Positions 36,395-45,655 of a stretch of 50,539 nucleotides of DNA are shown here, one piece after another. Position 1 is the stretch's first letter. Each line of letters opens with the position of its first letter. Origin of the DNA: a virus (Duplodnaviria; Caudoviricetes); the IMG/VR virus record IMGVR_UViG_3300016644_000039, positions 1-50,539 of that record; one strand, written 5' to 3'. The notes under the pieces were generated by a model, which ran no database searches, had not been told where the DNA came from, and saw only the letters and a program-made list of their open reading frames with translations. The position numbers and the translations under genes were made by a program.

Positions 36395-36580
36395 TGGTAC
36401 AAATTTGGTACACCACGGGGGCTAAAACCCGCTATCGGTGTACCAGAGGGGTCATCGTAAGTCGTTGAATTTGCAAGCCAATTCAACGCAGTGTTGTAAA
36501 AATGGTGCTGATGAGAGGAGCCTAGGATTCCAGTATCCATGAGGGTTTGCTGGCAGCTTGGTACACCTATGGTGCACTAT
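36395..36580. other. attP: tRNA 3'-end core with arm-type repeats and an IHF-like site
   Basis: Reverse complement of 36503-36520 is CTCCTCTCATCAGCACCA; TGGTACA(CC) repeats on both sides. Confidence 0.75.
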
Positions 36581-36587
36581 TGCTTTC

Positions 36588-37592
36588 ATGCCTACCTATC
36601 AAACGCGCAATGGACGGGTCCGCGCCATCGTCCGGGTCAAGGGCTTCGAGGCCGCCTCTGACACCTTCCCCACCAAGACCAGAGCCAAGGCTTGGGCGCT
36701 CAAGACCGAGGCTGAGATGCGCGACGGCACCTACGTCGCCCCGACCAAGCAGACGTTCAAGGCGGTGGTCGAGCGCTACCTCAAGGAAGAGAAGTGCGAC
36801 CGTTGGACGACCAACCGACTCAAGGCGCTGCTGCGCGACGAGAGGTGGGTGGAGCTTCCGCTCTCCGAAGTCCACGACCCGGTGGCTCATTGGGTGGAGA
36901 AGCGCCGCAAGGAGGTCAAGCCCAACACCGTCCGGCGTGAGGCGACCATCATCTCGAGCGTGTTCACGCACGCCATCAAGCGCTGGCGGATCAAGCTCAG
37001 GGCCAACCCCATGCGTGACGTGGAGCTGCCGGCCAAGGACAAGGCTCGCAACCGCAGGGTCCGCGCCACCGAGATCGCTGCGCTGTGGACCCACTTCGGC
37101 ACCAAGGTGAAGACGACACGCTCGTACGTGCCGTGGATGTTCGAGTTCGCCTGCGAGACCGGCATGCGCCTGGGCGAGCTGACTGAAATCGAGTGGAGTG
37201 GGGTGAACCTGGAGGAGCGCTGGGTCTACGTGCCGCCGTCCAAGAACGGTGATGACCGCCATGCGCTGCTCACTGACCGGGCGGTGGAGCTGCTCAAGCT
37301 GCTGCCGCGACCGAACGACCGGGTGTTCCCGGTCAACAAGGGGTCAGTGGGGACGGAGTTCAGGGATGCCACGAAGGCGCTGGGCTTTGCTGACCTCCAC
37401 TTCCATGACAGCCGGCACGAGGCCTGTACGAGGTTGGCCAAGTTCCTGACCGTCATGGAGTTGGCCCGAGTGATCGGGCACAGGGACCTCAAGAGCCTGA
37501 TGGTGTACTACAACCCGACTCCGGCTGAGCTCGCTGCGAAGCTGCCCGGTGCTGTTCAATCCACTGCTCCACATCCTTCACCGACCACATGA
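36588..37592 (+). CDS. int: tyrosine integrase
   Basis: TGMRLGE, SKNG, HDSRH, GHRD..Y catalytic motifs; probable start MPTYQ. Confidence 0.93.
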   Translation: MPTYQTRNGRVRAIVRVKGFEAASDTFPTKTRAKAWALKTEAEMRDGTYVAPTKQTFKAVVERYLKEEKCDRWTTNRLKALLRDERWVELPLSEVHDPVAHWVEKRRKEVKPNTVRREATIISSVFTHAIKRWRIKLRANPMRDVELPAKDKARNRRVRATEIAALWTHFGTKVKTTRSYVPWMFEFACETGMRLGELTEIEWSGVNLEERWVYVPPSKNGDDRHALLTDRAVELLKLLPRPNDRVFPVNKGSVGTEFRDATKALGFADLHFHDSRHEACTRLAKFLTVMELARVIGHRDLKSLMVYYNPTPAELAAKLPGAVQSTAPHPSPTT

Positions 37593-37719
37593 GCTTGCGG
37601 CTCGGGGTGTTCAGGCGGGGTGGGAGCTTGTCCGGGTACTTCGATGCGTACTGCTGGATCGTGGTCACCGGCAAACTCAGAGCGACCGCCAGTTCCTTGG
37701 CGTCAAAAACGAGTTTCAT
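37489..37719 (-). CDS. excisionase / AlpA-like HTH protein
   Basis: ELAVALSLPVTTI..LPP..W...DVEQW; convergent with int and overlapping it by 104 nt. Confidence 0.75.
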   Translation of the reverse strand: MKLVFDAKELAVALSLPVTTIQQYASKYPDKLPPRLNTPSRKLMWSVKDVEQWIEQHRAASQRAQPESGCSTPSGS

Positions 37720-37730
37720 TGGAGTGCCTC

Positions 37731-37760
37731 AAAAAGACCCCCGCCCGAAGGCTGGGGGTT
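37731..37760 (-). terminator. intrinsic terminator between primase and xis
   Basis: Minus strand: CCCCCAGCC-TTCG-GGCGGGGG then TCTTTTT. Confidence 0.7.
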
Positions 37761-37800
37761 GATCCACACAAAGGAGCTAACATGGCGATTAGCGAGGGCA

Positions 37801-40785
37801 TCATACATCGCCGACCGCTTTCTCGCCAACGTCAGTCGCAGGGTTGTTGCTAACCAGTGTTAGGGCGTCCTTGTCCAGTTTGTTGGAATCGACCACGAAG
37901 CAGCGGGCCTGAACCAGAGGCACATCCGTACCGCGAGTGAGCGTCACCTTGTCGTGGCGCTTGACCAGAGCGCCTGCACGCTCGAGCGAATCGAGCATTG
38001 CGTTGAAGTCGACGCGGTTGGTCATGCACCAGTCGCGCGCTTCCTTCTGGTTAATCATGATGTGCCCGGCATGGGCCCGTGCGTTGGTGTTGCCCAGCAC
38101 CATGCGGCCCGCGATTACGCCCTGCACGCGGTTGCGTGGCGTTTCAGGTCCTGACTTCTCCTGACGGTTGCGGAACTCCTGGGTCACCAGGATGCGACTT
38201 GCGATGGAGGCCATGAAGCGGCTGAACGCGTCCTCGGTCGTCACCGTGTTGGTCTCGGTAACGGTCTCGGCCAGGTCCTTGAGCAGTTGCACCGTGAAGT
38301 CGAAGAGCGCATCGAGGTCGAAGTCGATGATGCCCAGCTCCTTGGCCACCTTGGCGATCACCAGCGTGCACGCGCCGTGGTTGCGGTAGAAGCGGTACTT
38401 GGTGCCCGGGATGTGCTCGGCCAGTGCGTTCATGACATCGCGCACGGCGTCAGCCAATTGGCGCTGGTGAGTCACTACATGCCGCAGCATCGCATCGCCC
38501 GCAGCCCCTGCGTTGGCCTTCATCGCGTCGACTGCGGACTGAACGAGGTCAGCCTCGACGTGAGCATCGGCGTGCAGTTGCACGACCGGGTAGCGGTCCA
38601 CGGTGATCTGAATGAGACGCACGGCTTCGGCTTGGGAGTTGGCCTGGTTGGTGGCCAGCAACCCATGGAAGTCGCGGTTGCCTGTGACGAACGGCGACAT
38701 GCGCCACACCGCCGTGTTGGCGAAGCCGACCACGCCGCCCTTGGAGGTCATGCGGACCTTCTCTTCGCCGCGCGAGATGCCGTAGGCCACCGAGGAGAAC
38801 GTCGGGCCGTCCATGTTGGTCAGCTCGTCGAGCAGCACCGGCAGGTTGTTGAACGCGCCCAGGTACGCCCACAGGCCGTTCTGCGTGAAGCCGTCTTCGG
38901 ACTTGAGCGTCATCTTCTCGGCGTTGCCGAACGCATACAGCGAGGCGTAGCAGGCCGTAGTCTTGCCCTTGCCGGAGTCGCCGCCCGTGAGTGCTACGAG
39001 CAGGCCCTTGTAGAGCTCTTCGCCAAACGGCGTGAGGACCGAGCCCCAGCCCGAGCACACGGCGTACTGCCAATGCTGGGCGCCTGGGCGGTTGTACATG
39101 AAGTTGATGGCGCTCGCATAGCGCTCCAGCGTGCCCTTGGCGGGCGGCAGGTGTTGAGCGAACTTGCCGGCCCCGGAGCCGACCAGAACTTTGCGGACCG
39201 TGCCGTCCTTGTGGTACAGGCGGTCCCCGACGAGGAACCCGGACATGTCCGGGCGCCAGCCGAAGCTGGTGAGCGTGTTGACTTCTTCGACGTTGCGCTT
39301 GAGCGCCTCGAGCTGATCGCGGAGGTAGGCGGCCATGTGGTTTCCTGCGTCCTTGTGGTTCGACTGCATGAGTTCGTACTTGGCCAAGGAGCGCAGCATG
39401 TCGGTCTGACTGGCCATCGCCTCCGTGGGCATGTCGAAGTCGCGGACCTTGTGATTGGGCAGGTGCATGCGGATGCCGATGCGATAGGTGCCTTCCTCGG
39501 TACGGATGCGAGTCGTTGGGTAGAACAGAATGGTGCTGAATGGGAACGGCTGGAGCACGCCTTCCTTGTCGGGCAGCATGCGGGCCATCACGCCGTTGGA
39601 GTACGTGTAGCCGGAGATCAGTGCGGGCACTTCGACCTCGATCTGCTGGCCTTCTTCGGTGACCACTTCCTCGACGGTCTCGGTGTTCTCGGGCATCTGG
39701 CGGCCGAGCACGAGCGGCGTCTTGATCTTGCCGCGCATGGGGCAGCCTTCGCACGCGCCACAGCCGTTGGTCTCGAAGAACTCGCAGGTGGTGGGGCCCG
39801 CAGACCACGACTCGTAGCGGATGTCCCAGTCGAGCTGGGCGTGGCCAGTCTCTTCGCGGCGTGCGCTCCACTGCTCGGCCAGCTCGCGCCCGTTCTCGCA
39901 GTGTTTCAAGATACCGATGACACCGCGCCAGTGTTCGTAGCCCACGTCACCCTGGGTGTCGCGCATCGCAGCCACCTGACCGCACTTGTTGGCCACCTCG
40001 TCGGCGTCCACCGGCAGGTCCGGGTACTGAGGCAGGTGGGCGATCAGGTCGTCGTTCAGGCCATTGCTCACGAACTCCCGCTTCGGGGTCTCCTTGATGA
40101 GCTTGACGCCATGCTCGACCATGTAACTCTGTAGGGCAGAAGCTAACACAGCAGGCTCACTGGGCGAGCCTGGGCGCTTCACAGCCACTGGTTTTGCTTC
40201 GCCGTTCTTGCGGTTCACTGAGCCAGCCGGGCGCAGGATCGACGCGAAGTCGGCGGTACGGGTCGGGTCGGCGATCACGCCGCAGTGGTGCAGCGTTGCC
40301 TTCAAGCCCTTGGCGACCTTCACCCACTTGTCGTGGGGGATGTCCTTGGTGAGCGGCCAGTAGGCGTGGATGCCGTTGCCGGAGTCCACCAGCATGGGCT
40401 TGGGCCAGCCCACTTCCTTGGCGAAGGTGTCAATGGCCACGGCCGCATCGCGCTTGGTCAGGTAGCCATCGCCCTTGGCGTGCTTCTCCTCACCGCAGTC
40501 GATGTCCACCCAGAAGCTCTTGGCACGGTGCCAGTTCTCGGGGATGCGGTACTTGCGCTTGGTCTTCTCGCCGTCCTCGATCTCGATGACAGCGCGCTGG
40601 TAAGTGGCGCAGGCGTGGTAGATGGACAGGCTCTTGCTGCCGGCCATGTTGTCGATGGCGTCGGCCATCGTCTCAAGGTCCGTGTAGACCTTGTGAGCAG
40701 GAAACTTGTAGCCTTCCTTGAACAGGGCCAGGTAGTGGATACCGTGCTCAGGAAGAATCGTTTGGAGGAACTCGAGGGTGTTCAT
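37801..40785 (-). CDS. primase-helicase (AEP-like N-terminus, Cys cluster, DUF927-type helicase)
   Basis: WVDID, DSGNGIHAYW, LRPAGS; C..CGACEGC; Walker A GDSGKGKT; LLDE. Confidence 0.85.
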   Translation of the reverse strand: MNTLEFLQTILPEHGIHYLALFKEGYKFPAHKVYTDLETMADAIDNMAGSKSLSIYHACATYQRAVIEIEDGEKTKRKYRIPENWHRAKSFWVDIDCGEEKHAKGDGYLTKRDAAVAIDTFAKEVGWPKPMLVDSGNGIHAYWPLTKDIPHDKWVKVAKGLKATLHHCGVIADPTRTADFASILRPAGSVNRKNGEAKPVAVKRPGSPSEPAVLASALQSYMVEHGVKLIKETPKREFVSNGLNDDLIAHLPQYPDLPVDADEVANKCGQVAAMRDTQGDVGYEHWRGVIGILKHCENGRELAEQWSARREETGHAQLDWDIRYESWSAGPTTCEFFETNGCGACEGCPMRGKIKTPLVLGRQMPENTETVEEVVTEEGQQIEVEVPALISGYTYSNGVMARMLPDKEGVLQPFPFSTILFYPTTRIRTEEGTYRIGIRMHLPNHKVRDFDMPTEAMASQTDMLRSLAKYELMQSNHKDAGNHMAAYLRDQLEALKRNVEEVNTLTSFGWRPDMSGFLVGDRLYHKDGTVRKVLVGSGAGKFAQHLPPAKGTLERYASAINFMYNRPGAQHWQYAVCSGWGSVLTPFGEELYKGLLVALTGGDSGKGKTTACYASLYAFGNAEKMTLKSEDGFTQNGLWAYLGAFNNLPVLLDELTNMDGPTFSSVAYGISRGEEKVRMTSKGGVVGFANTAVWRMSPFVTGNRDFHGLLATNQANSQAEAVRLIQITVDRYPVVQLHADAHVEADLVQSAVDAMKANAGAAGDAMLRHVVTHQRQLADAVRDVMNALAEHIPGTKYRFYRNHGACTLVIAKVAKELGIIDFDLDALFDFTVQLLKDLAETVTETNTVTTEDAFSRFMASIASRILVTQEFRNRQEKSGPETPRNRVQGVIAGRMVLGNTNARAHAGHIMINQKEARDWCMTNRVDFNAMLDSLERAGALVKRHDKVTLTRGTDVPLVQARCFVVDSNKLDKDALTLVSNNPATDVGEKAVGDV

Positions 40786-40845
40786 GTCACCCTCATGCGA
40801 TACCGCACGCTCCTGTTGGGAAAAAACAACACATCACAGACTCCA

Positions 40846-40874
40846 GAAAAGCGAAAAGCCCGACGTGCGGGCTT
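40846..40874 (-). terminator. intrinsic terminator upstream of the primase gene
   Basis: Minus strand: AGCCCG-cacgt-CGGGCT then TTTCGCTTTT. Confidence 0.55.
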
Positions 40875-40891
40875 GCTGGGTAGAACCTAAC

Positions 40892-41071
40892 TCAGGCGGC
40901 GCCTGCGTCAGCGGTGGCTTCTGGAGCCTTGGGTGCGTTGGCGGCTTCTTGAGCCTTGACTTGCTGGAGGATGTGGTCGAGGACGCGGCGGGAGACCTTG
41001 TGGGGCAGTTCGTCCAGCGCGGCGAAGATGACGTTAACTTGATCGGCTGTCAGATTGATGTTGAATTCCAT
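40892..41071 (-). CDS. small hypothetical protein (59 aa; absent from the ORF track)
   Basis: Translated by hand: MEFNINLTADQVNVIFAALDELPHKVS... Confidence 0.7.
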   Translation of the reverse strand: MEFNINLTADQVNVIFAALDELPHKVSRRVLDHILQQVKAQEAANAPKAPEATADAGAA

Positions 41072-41127
41072 GGTGCGCTTTCTGTGTTGTTGGTGTTAGG
41101 AGGAAAGGGGGCTGGGCCCCCTCCCGA

Positions 41128-42093
41128 TCAGTCGTCGAAGTTGATGCCGTCGAGGTCCAGGTCCACGTCGTCAGCGACCACTGCGGCCGGCTTGGCGGCG
41201 GGCTTGGCCTTGGCGACGGGCTTCTCGGCGGCTTGCACGGCCTCGGCCACTTCGTCGTCGGTCACGGTCTTGGACTTGGAGACGACCGGCTTGGCAGCCG
41301 CAGCCTTGGGCGGGGTGCCGGACAGAGCCTGCTCGACCTCGGGGTCGGCGGCGGGCTCGGCGGGCAGGGCCATCGGGCTCGAGCCCAGGATGTTGGACAC
41401 CACGTCCGACTGCACCATCTCCTGCACTTCGCCGAAGGCGGCGTCATCCAGGAAGCCCACGGGCTTGAAGGTCAGCTTCGGGGACTCGGCTTCCTGATCG
41501 AAGCCGATCTTGGTGACCACCATGTTGTAGCCCACGCCGCGCTTGGCCAGCATCTGGCCGTACTCGCCCAGGGCCTTGATGGAGGCGGGCGGCACGCGCA
41601 GCAGCATCGGGTCGTTGATCTGGCCGGCGGCGGCCACGGCCATGCGCACGGTGTCGTTACAGGCCTTGCCCTTGGAGGCGCCCTTCTCGGTGATGCGCGA
41701 GCCCCACTGGTTGTGCGGGCAGGTGGCGCACTTCTTGGCCTGCGGGGTCTGGGCGTCAGCGGCCGGGGCGATGCCGTCGCTGGAGTAGCAGTCGGGCTTG
41801 GCGCCTTCGCTGTCCTTGGGGTCGTAGCCCTTGAGGTAGAACACCTTGCTCGTGCCCTTGTTGGCCTTGAGCAGCACCACGTCGATGCTGGTGGCCGGGG
41901 ACTCGGGGTCCTTGGGGTTCGGGAGCACCACGCGCTCACCGTCGCGCACCACTGCGAAGACCTTGCCCTTGATGGAGATCACCGGGAAGCCGCCACCGGC
42001 GTGGGCCGTCAGGTCCGAGTTGATTTCTGCGACGTTGAAGGACTTGAGGTAAGAGGGCAGGTTCTTGCTGCCGTCGAAGGGGATGATGTTCAT
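41128..42093 (-). CDS. ssDNA-binding protein-like
   Basis: CYS.DG, CATCP, C Cys cluster; acidic tail DDVDLDLDGINFDD; AGGA SD before MNIIPF. Confidence 0.7.
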   Translation of the reverse strand: MNIIPFDGSKNLPSYLKSFNVAEINSDLTAHAGGGFPVISIKGKVFAVVRDGERVVLPNPKDPESPATSIDVVLLKANKGTSKVFYLKGYDPKDSEGAKPDCYSSDGIAPAADAQTPQAKKCATCPHNQWGSRITEKGASKGKACNDTVRMAVAAAGQINDPMLLRVPPASIKALGEYGQMLAKRGVGYNMVVTKIGFDQEAESPKLTFKPVGFLDDAAFGEVQEMVQSDVVSNILGSSPMALPAEPAADPEVEQALSGTPPKAAAAKPVVSKSKTVTDDEVAEAVQAAEKPVAKAKPAAKPAAVVADDVDLDLDGINFDD

Positions 42094-42119
42094 GTTGATT
42101 CCTGTGTGGGGGTAGAAGT

Positions 42120-42506
42120 TTACGCGGAACGGCGGATGTTGACGACACGTTCCTCGCGGACGTTGATGCCCGGGGGCAGCTCGTCGTCGTTGGCGGAACG
42201 GAACTGCTCGACTGCGGTCTTGGAGACGCGCACTTCCAACAGAGCCCATTCCTCGTTGGCCTTCACGAAGTCCATGAAGGCGTCACGGTCAGCGATGCTG
42301 GCCGAGGTACGCACGGTGGCGTATGCGGTGCCGAACTCGGTCTTGACGGAGTCCATGCCGGTCTGATTGAACACGTCGAGGAGCTTGGCCTCGAGCTTGT
42401 CCATCTTCTCTTGAAGGGGTGCCACTTGGGCGTCGAAGTCTGCCTTCATCTGGGCTTTCTGGTCGCGCAGCTTGATGTACAGACTAACGGCTTCCGAGAG
42501 TTTCAT
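42120..42506 (-). CDS. conserved replication-cluster protein (coiled coil, SVKTEFGT, LPPG)
   Basis: AGGAG SD; has its own promoter. Confidence 0.75.
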   Translation of the reverse strand: MKLSEAVSLYIKLRDQKAQMKADFDAQVAPLQEKMDKLEAKLLDVFNQTGMDSVKTEFGTAYATVRTSASIADRDAFMDFVKANEEWALLEVRVSKTAVEQFRSANDDELPPGINVREERVVNIRRSA

Positions 42507-42531
42507 TGTTAGCTCCTGTTGTATGACGATG

Positions 42532-42560
42532 AATGTAGTTGCTCAGGTTCGGGTTGTCAA
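42532..42560 (-). promoter_or_regulatory. sigma70 promoter TTGACA-17-TACATT
   Basis: Near-consensus, read directly; CTAACA next to the downstream RBS. Confidence 0.75.
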
Positions 42561-42570
42561 GGGGTACCTC

Positions 42571-44142
42571 CTAACTTTCGGGTCGTTCTTTCATCATGTC
42601 GAGCAGCAGTCCCTGCATCGACTGCTTGTCCTGCAAACGCTTGTACACACGTCGCTCCACGTCCGAGCCTGCGATGTGCACGATCACCGTGGTCCGGGTC
42701 TGTCCGGGGCGGCGCACCCGGGCGCATGCCTGCTCGTAGACCTCGTTGCTGTGCACCGGGGCGTACCAGACGATGGTGGTCGCGGCGGTCAGGGTCAGCC
42801 CGTGGCTCATGGTGGCGGCGTTGGCCACCAACACCCTGGGGTCCACGCCACGCTGGAACTCGCTGAAGATGCGGTCGCGCTCGCCCTTGCTGGTGCCGCC
42901 ATGGATGGTCTCGACCGTCCAGTCCTTGCGCAGCTCACTGGCCACGGCCTCGAGTGCGCCGGTCAGGGGCACGAACACGATCACCTTGCCTTCGGACTCC
43001 TCGATCACTTCCTTGAGCACGTCCAAGCGGGGCTTGGCCGGCAGCACGACTTCGTCGCCACCTGTCCCGTAGGCGACACCACATGCGATCTGGATCAGCT
43101 TGTTGGCCTTGATGGCCTCGTTGACCGCAAGAATCTGCCCACCCTGGTACTCGGTCGCCAGCTTGGACAGCATGTCCTTGTAGGCTTTCTTCTGTTCCGG
43201 GGTCATCTCCACTTCGCGGGTGATGAAGGTTTGCTCGGGCAGGTCCGTGCAGTCGTCCAGGCTGAAACGGATCGCGGGTTGCATCATCTGGTAGACGACG
43301 TCGTTGGCCTCGGGGCGGGGTACCCACTTGAACTGCGTGAGCTGGCGCATGACGCGGTCGCGGAACGCCGAGAAGTACTTGGGCACCAGCGGGTTGTCGG
43401 GGGTCACCAGTCGGCACTGCGCCCATGCGTCGGTCGGTGCGTTGGGAGTCGGCGACCCCGTCATGCCCCACACACGGCGCACGCTCTGCTTGTTGCAGAT
43501 GTTGTTGAGAATCTTCCAGCGCTCGGTGCTCGAGTTGCGGGCCAGGGCCAGCTCGTCGATCACGATCAGGTCGATGTCCGGGCGGTTCTTGAGCTCGTCG
43601 GCGATGGCCGGCAGTCCGTCGATGTTGATGATGTAGACGTGCACGTCCTGCTTGAGGAGCTTGAGCCTGCGCTCTCGCGTGCCATGCAGCACCGCGCAAT
43701 CCAGGTGAGGGAAGGTCTGGAAGACCGAGTCCGCCCAGGTGCGCTCCATCGTGGACAGCGGGCACACCACAAGCATTTTTGTCACTTGCTTCGTGCGCCG
43801 CAGGTAGTCATACGCCCAGAGGGCGCTGTTGGTCTTGCCGGTGCCCATGCCATTGAGGCAGTAGGCCCTGCTGTGCATCGCCAGGAACGAGGCGGTCTCG
43901 CGTTGTGCGTTGAAGGGATCGTGCCGCCCACTGACCTTGGGCCACTGATAGTGGATGGGCATCGGGTCCGGCACGTCGAACCCCAGGTTGCGCAGCACCC
44001 GGGTCTCATCCGGTCGGTGCGGCACTGCCACGATCTTCTGTCCTTTGTGGTCCACCACGACTGCGGTGGGGATGACAGTCGTTACTCGCGCCGGGTTGCG
44101 CAGCTTGAGTACGACTGCCTTTTTGTCTTTGTGAATCAGCAT
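42571..44142 (-). CDS. SNF2-family helicase
   Basis: GMGTGKT, VIDE, MTGSP, HGLTLT, QACARVRRPGQ. Confidence 0.9.
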   Translation of the reverse strand: MLIHKDKKAVVLKLRNPARVTTVIPTAVVVDHKGQKIVAVPHRPDETRVLRNLGFDVPDPMPIHYQWPKVSGRHDPFNAQRETASFLAMHSRAYCLNGMGTGKTNSALWAYDYLRRTKQVTKMLVVCPLSTMERTWADSVFQTFPHLDCAVLHGTRERRLKLLKQDVHVYIINIDGLPAIADELKNRPDIDLIVIDELALARNSSTERWKILNNICNKQSVRRVWGMTGSPTPNAPTDAWAQCRLVTPDNPLVPKYFSAFRDRVMRQLTQFKWVPRPEANDVVYQMMQPAIRFSLDDCTDLPEQTFITREVEMTPEQKKAYKDMLSKLATEYQGGQILAVNEAIKANKLIQIACGVAYGTGGDEVVLPAKPRLDVLKEVIEESEGKVIVFVPLTGALEAVASELRKDWTVETIHGGTSKGERDRIFSEFQRGVDPRVLVANAATMSHGLTLTAATTIVWYAPVHSNEVYEQACARVRRPGQTRTTVIVHIAGSDVERRVYKRLQDKQSMQGLLLDMMKERPES

Positions 44143-44342
44143 GTGAGTTTCATTGCGGTGAGTACGGCCATAACGCACTCGTCAGTTTGTTCGAAGGGCA
44201 TCTCGTGGATTTCAGGGTCGTCTTTGACGCGCCATCGAACCATCAGTTGGTACTGCGTGACGTCGAACATCAGAGAGATGCTTGTGACCCGCTCCGGGAC
44301 CGTCCTACCAAACCATGGGAGCGCCAAGGCTCTCGAGTACAT
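44136..44342 (-). CDS. hypothetical protein (68 aa)
   Basis: 3' part of ORF 44136..44507; fills the gap between neighbouring genes. Confidence 0.5.
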   Translation of the reverse strand: MYSRALALPWFGRTVPERVTSISLMFDVTQYQLMVRWRVKDDPEIHEMPFEQTDECVMAVLTAMKLTC

Positions 44343-44364
44343 CGGAGGACGGTTCCAGCTCGCG

Positions 44365-44631
44365 TCACTTATCCGGGTTGTAGCTGCCACTGCCACGGCG
44401 CCACCCCCTGTTCTGCTCACGAGACTGCACCGCCAGGTTGCTCTTGGCGTTGCTGCCGCCGTTCTCGAGCGACTTCTTGTGAGCCACGTCCTTGCCGTCG
44501 CCGACACGAACCTTGCCCTGCTTCATCATCTCACGGCGTGCCGCGTTGTTGGCAACTCGCTTCTTCACTTCCTCGGGTCGGGCGTTGTACGCCTTCTGGT
44601 ACTCGAGCTTGCGCTTGGTGCTCTTGGTCAT
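44365..44631 (-). CDS. small HNH-like endonuclease
   Basis: DGKDVAH..GGSN..NL....NR. Confidence 0.65.
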   Translation of the reverse strand: MTKSTKRKLEYQKAYNARPEEVKKRVANNAARREMMKQGKVRVGDGKDVAHKKSLENGGSNAKSNLAVQSREQNRGWRRGSGSYNPDK

Positions 44632-44930
44632 AGGTTGTATCCCTCCAGGATGTCGAACAATGGAATGAGGCTGTCTGTGCTGTCGGCCACGACGGCGATT
44701 CCGCCGTGCGCCTTGATCTCGTCAATAACTCGCTGCTGGTTGGCAGTCACGGTGTGCATCTTGCCCGGTGCCTTGGTCTCGATGGCTATGAAGGTGCCGC
44801 GGTAGCAGCAAACGAAGTCGGGGATGCCGACCTGGCCCATGCCGTTCTGCACGGGTTGGTAGTACCAGCACCCCTTCGCCTTGAGGAAGTCACGCACTGC
44901 TTTCTTTACTTTTCCCTCGGGAGTCATCAT
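44628..44930 (-). CDS. VRR-NUC nuclease
   Basis: PEGKVK, GIPD, IETK, Q motifs. Confidence 0.85.
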   Translation of the reverse strand: MMTPEGKVKKAVRDFLKAKGCWYYQPVQNGMGQVGIPDFVCCYRGTFIAIETKAPGKMHTVTANQQRVIDEIKAHGGIAVVADSTDSLIPLFDILEGYNL

Positions 44931-45583
44931 CAGGCCTTCTTCTTGTTGAACTCACACGAGGTGACTGGGCACCAGCCATTACACAGACCGGACGTTTTTG
45001 CGGGCCAACGGTCACGCTCGTAGGCGGACTCTAGCTTGGCCACACGGGGAAGGAAACCTTGCCAGACCACGGGGAGCTGGTCTCTTGTCACCTTGCCCCA
45101 ATCGAGCTTGCGCTCCTTGAGCCAGACGAAGCCGGTGTTCACGACCGACACCTCTGGGTGATGGGCGAAGACGTAAGTGGCATACAAATCAAGCTGTTCC
45201 GTGGGCTTGCGCTTGCCAGTCTTGTAGTCCATGACGGCTGCCTTGTTGCCGTGGATGACCACCAGGTCGGCGATGCCACGGGTCCAAGAGCCCTTCCATT
45301 CTGTTGGCTGGAAGTTACGGTCCAGTGCGTACTTGAACTCCGTCAATTTCTGGCCGGGCAGGGCAGCGATCTTGTTAGCCAGCGTTTGCCACTGGGTCAT
45401 GCCCTCGGGCAGCAACTCCCCGTGGAGCATGAAGTTCTCGAACGCGGTGTGCACTCGGGTGCCCCACTCTGTATGGACAGTGGGCGGCTCGATGACGTCC
45501 TTCTTGACCTTGGTGTGATAGAACTTGCGGGGGCAGGTCTCAAACGTGTCGAGCTGCGAGTACGTCCATGCAGGGTTTGTCAT
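44930..45583 (-). CDS. Cas4-like PD-(D/E)XK exonuclease
   Basis: CPR..GTRVH..GIAD..DYKTG..QL.LY..C.WC....C. Confidence 0.85.
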   Translation of the reverse strand: MTNPAWTYSQLDTFETCPRKFYHTKVKKDVIEPPTVHTEWGTRVHTAFENFMLHGELLPEGMTQWQTLANKIAALPGQKLTEFKYALDRNFQPTEWKGSWTRGIADLVVIHGNKAAVMDYKTGKRKPTEQLDLYATYVFAHHPEVSVVNTGFVWLKERKLDWGKVTRDQLPVVWQGFLPRVAKLESAYERDRWPAKTSGLCNGWCPVTSCEFNKKKA

Positions 45584-45655
45584 GTGGCTCCAATGGGGTT
45601 GCGCCCCAGGGCACCATTTGGTGGCTGGGGGCGTCGTTTGTTTGTATCTACTCTA

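Noticed and set aside
36490-36580. Complete tRNA gene
   Set aside because: Only 18 nt of a 3' end are present, with no T-loop TTCGA, anticodon arm or D arm; interpreted as the attP core
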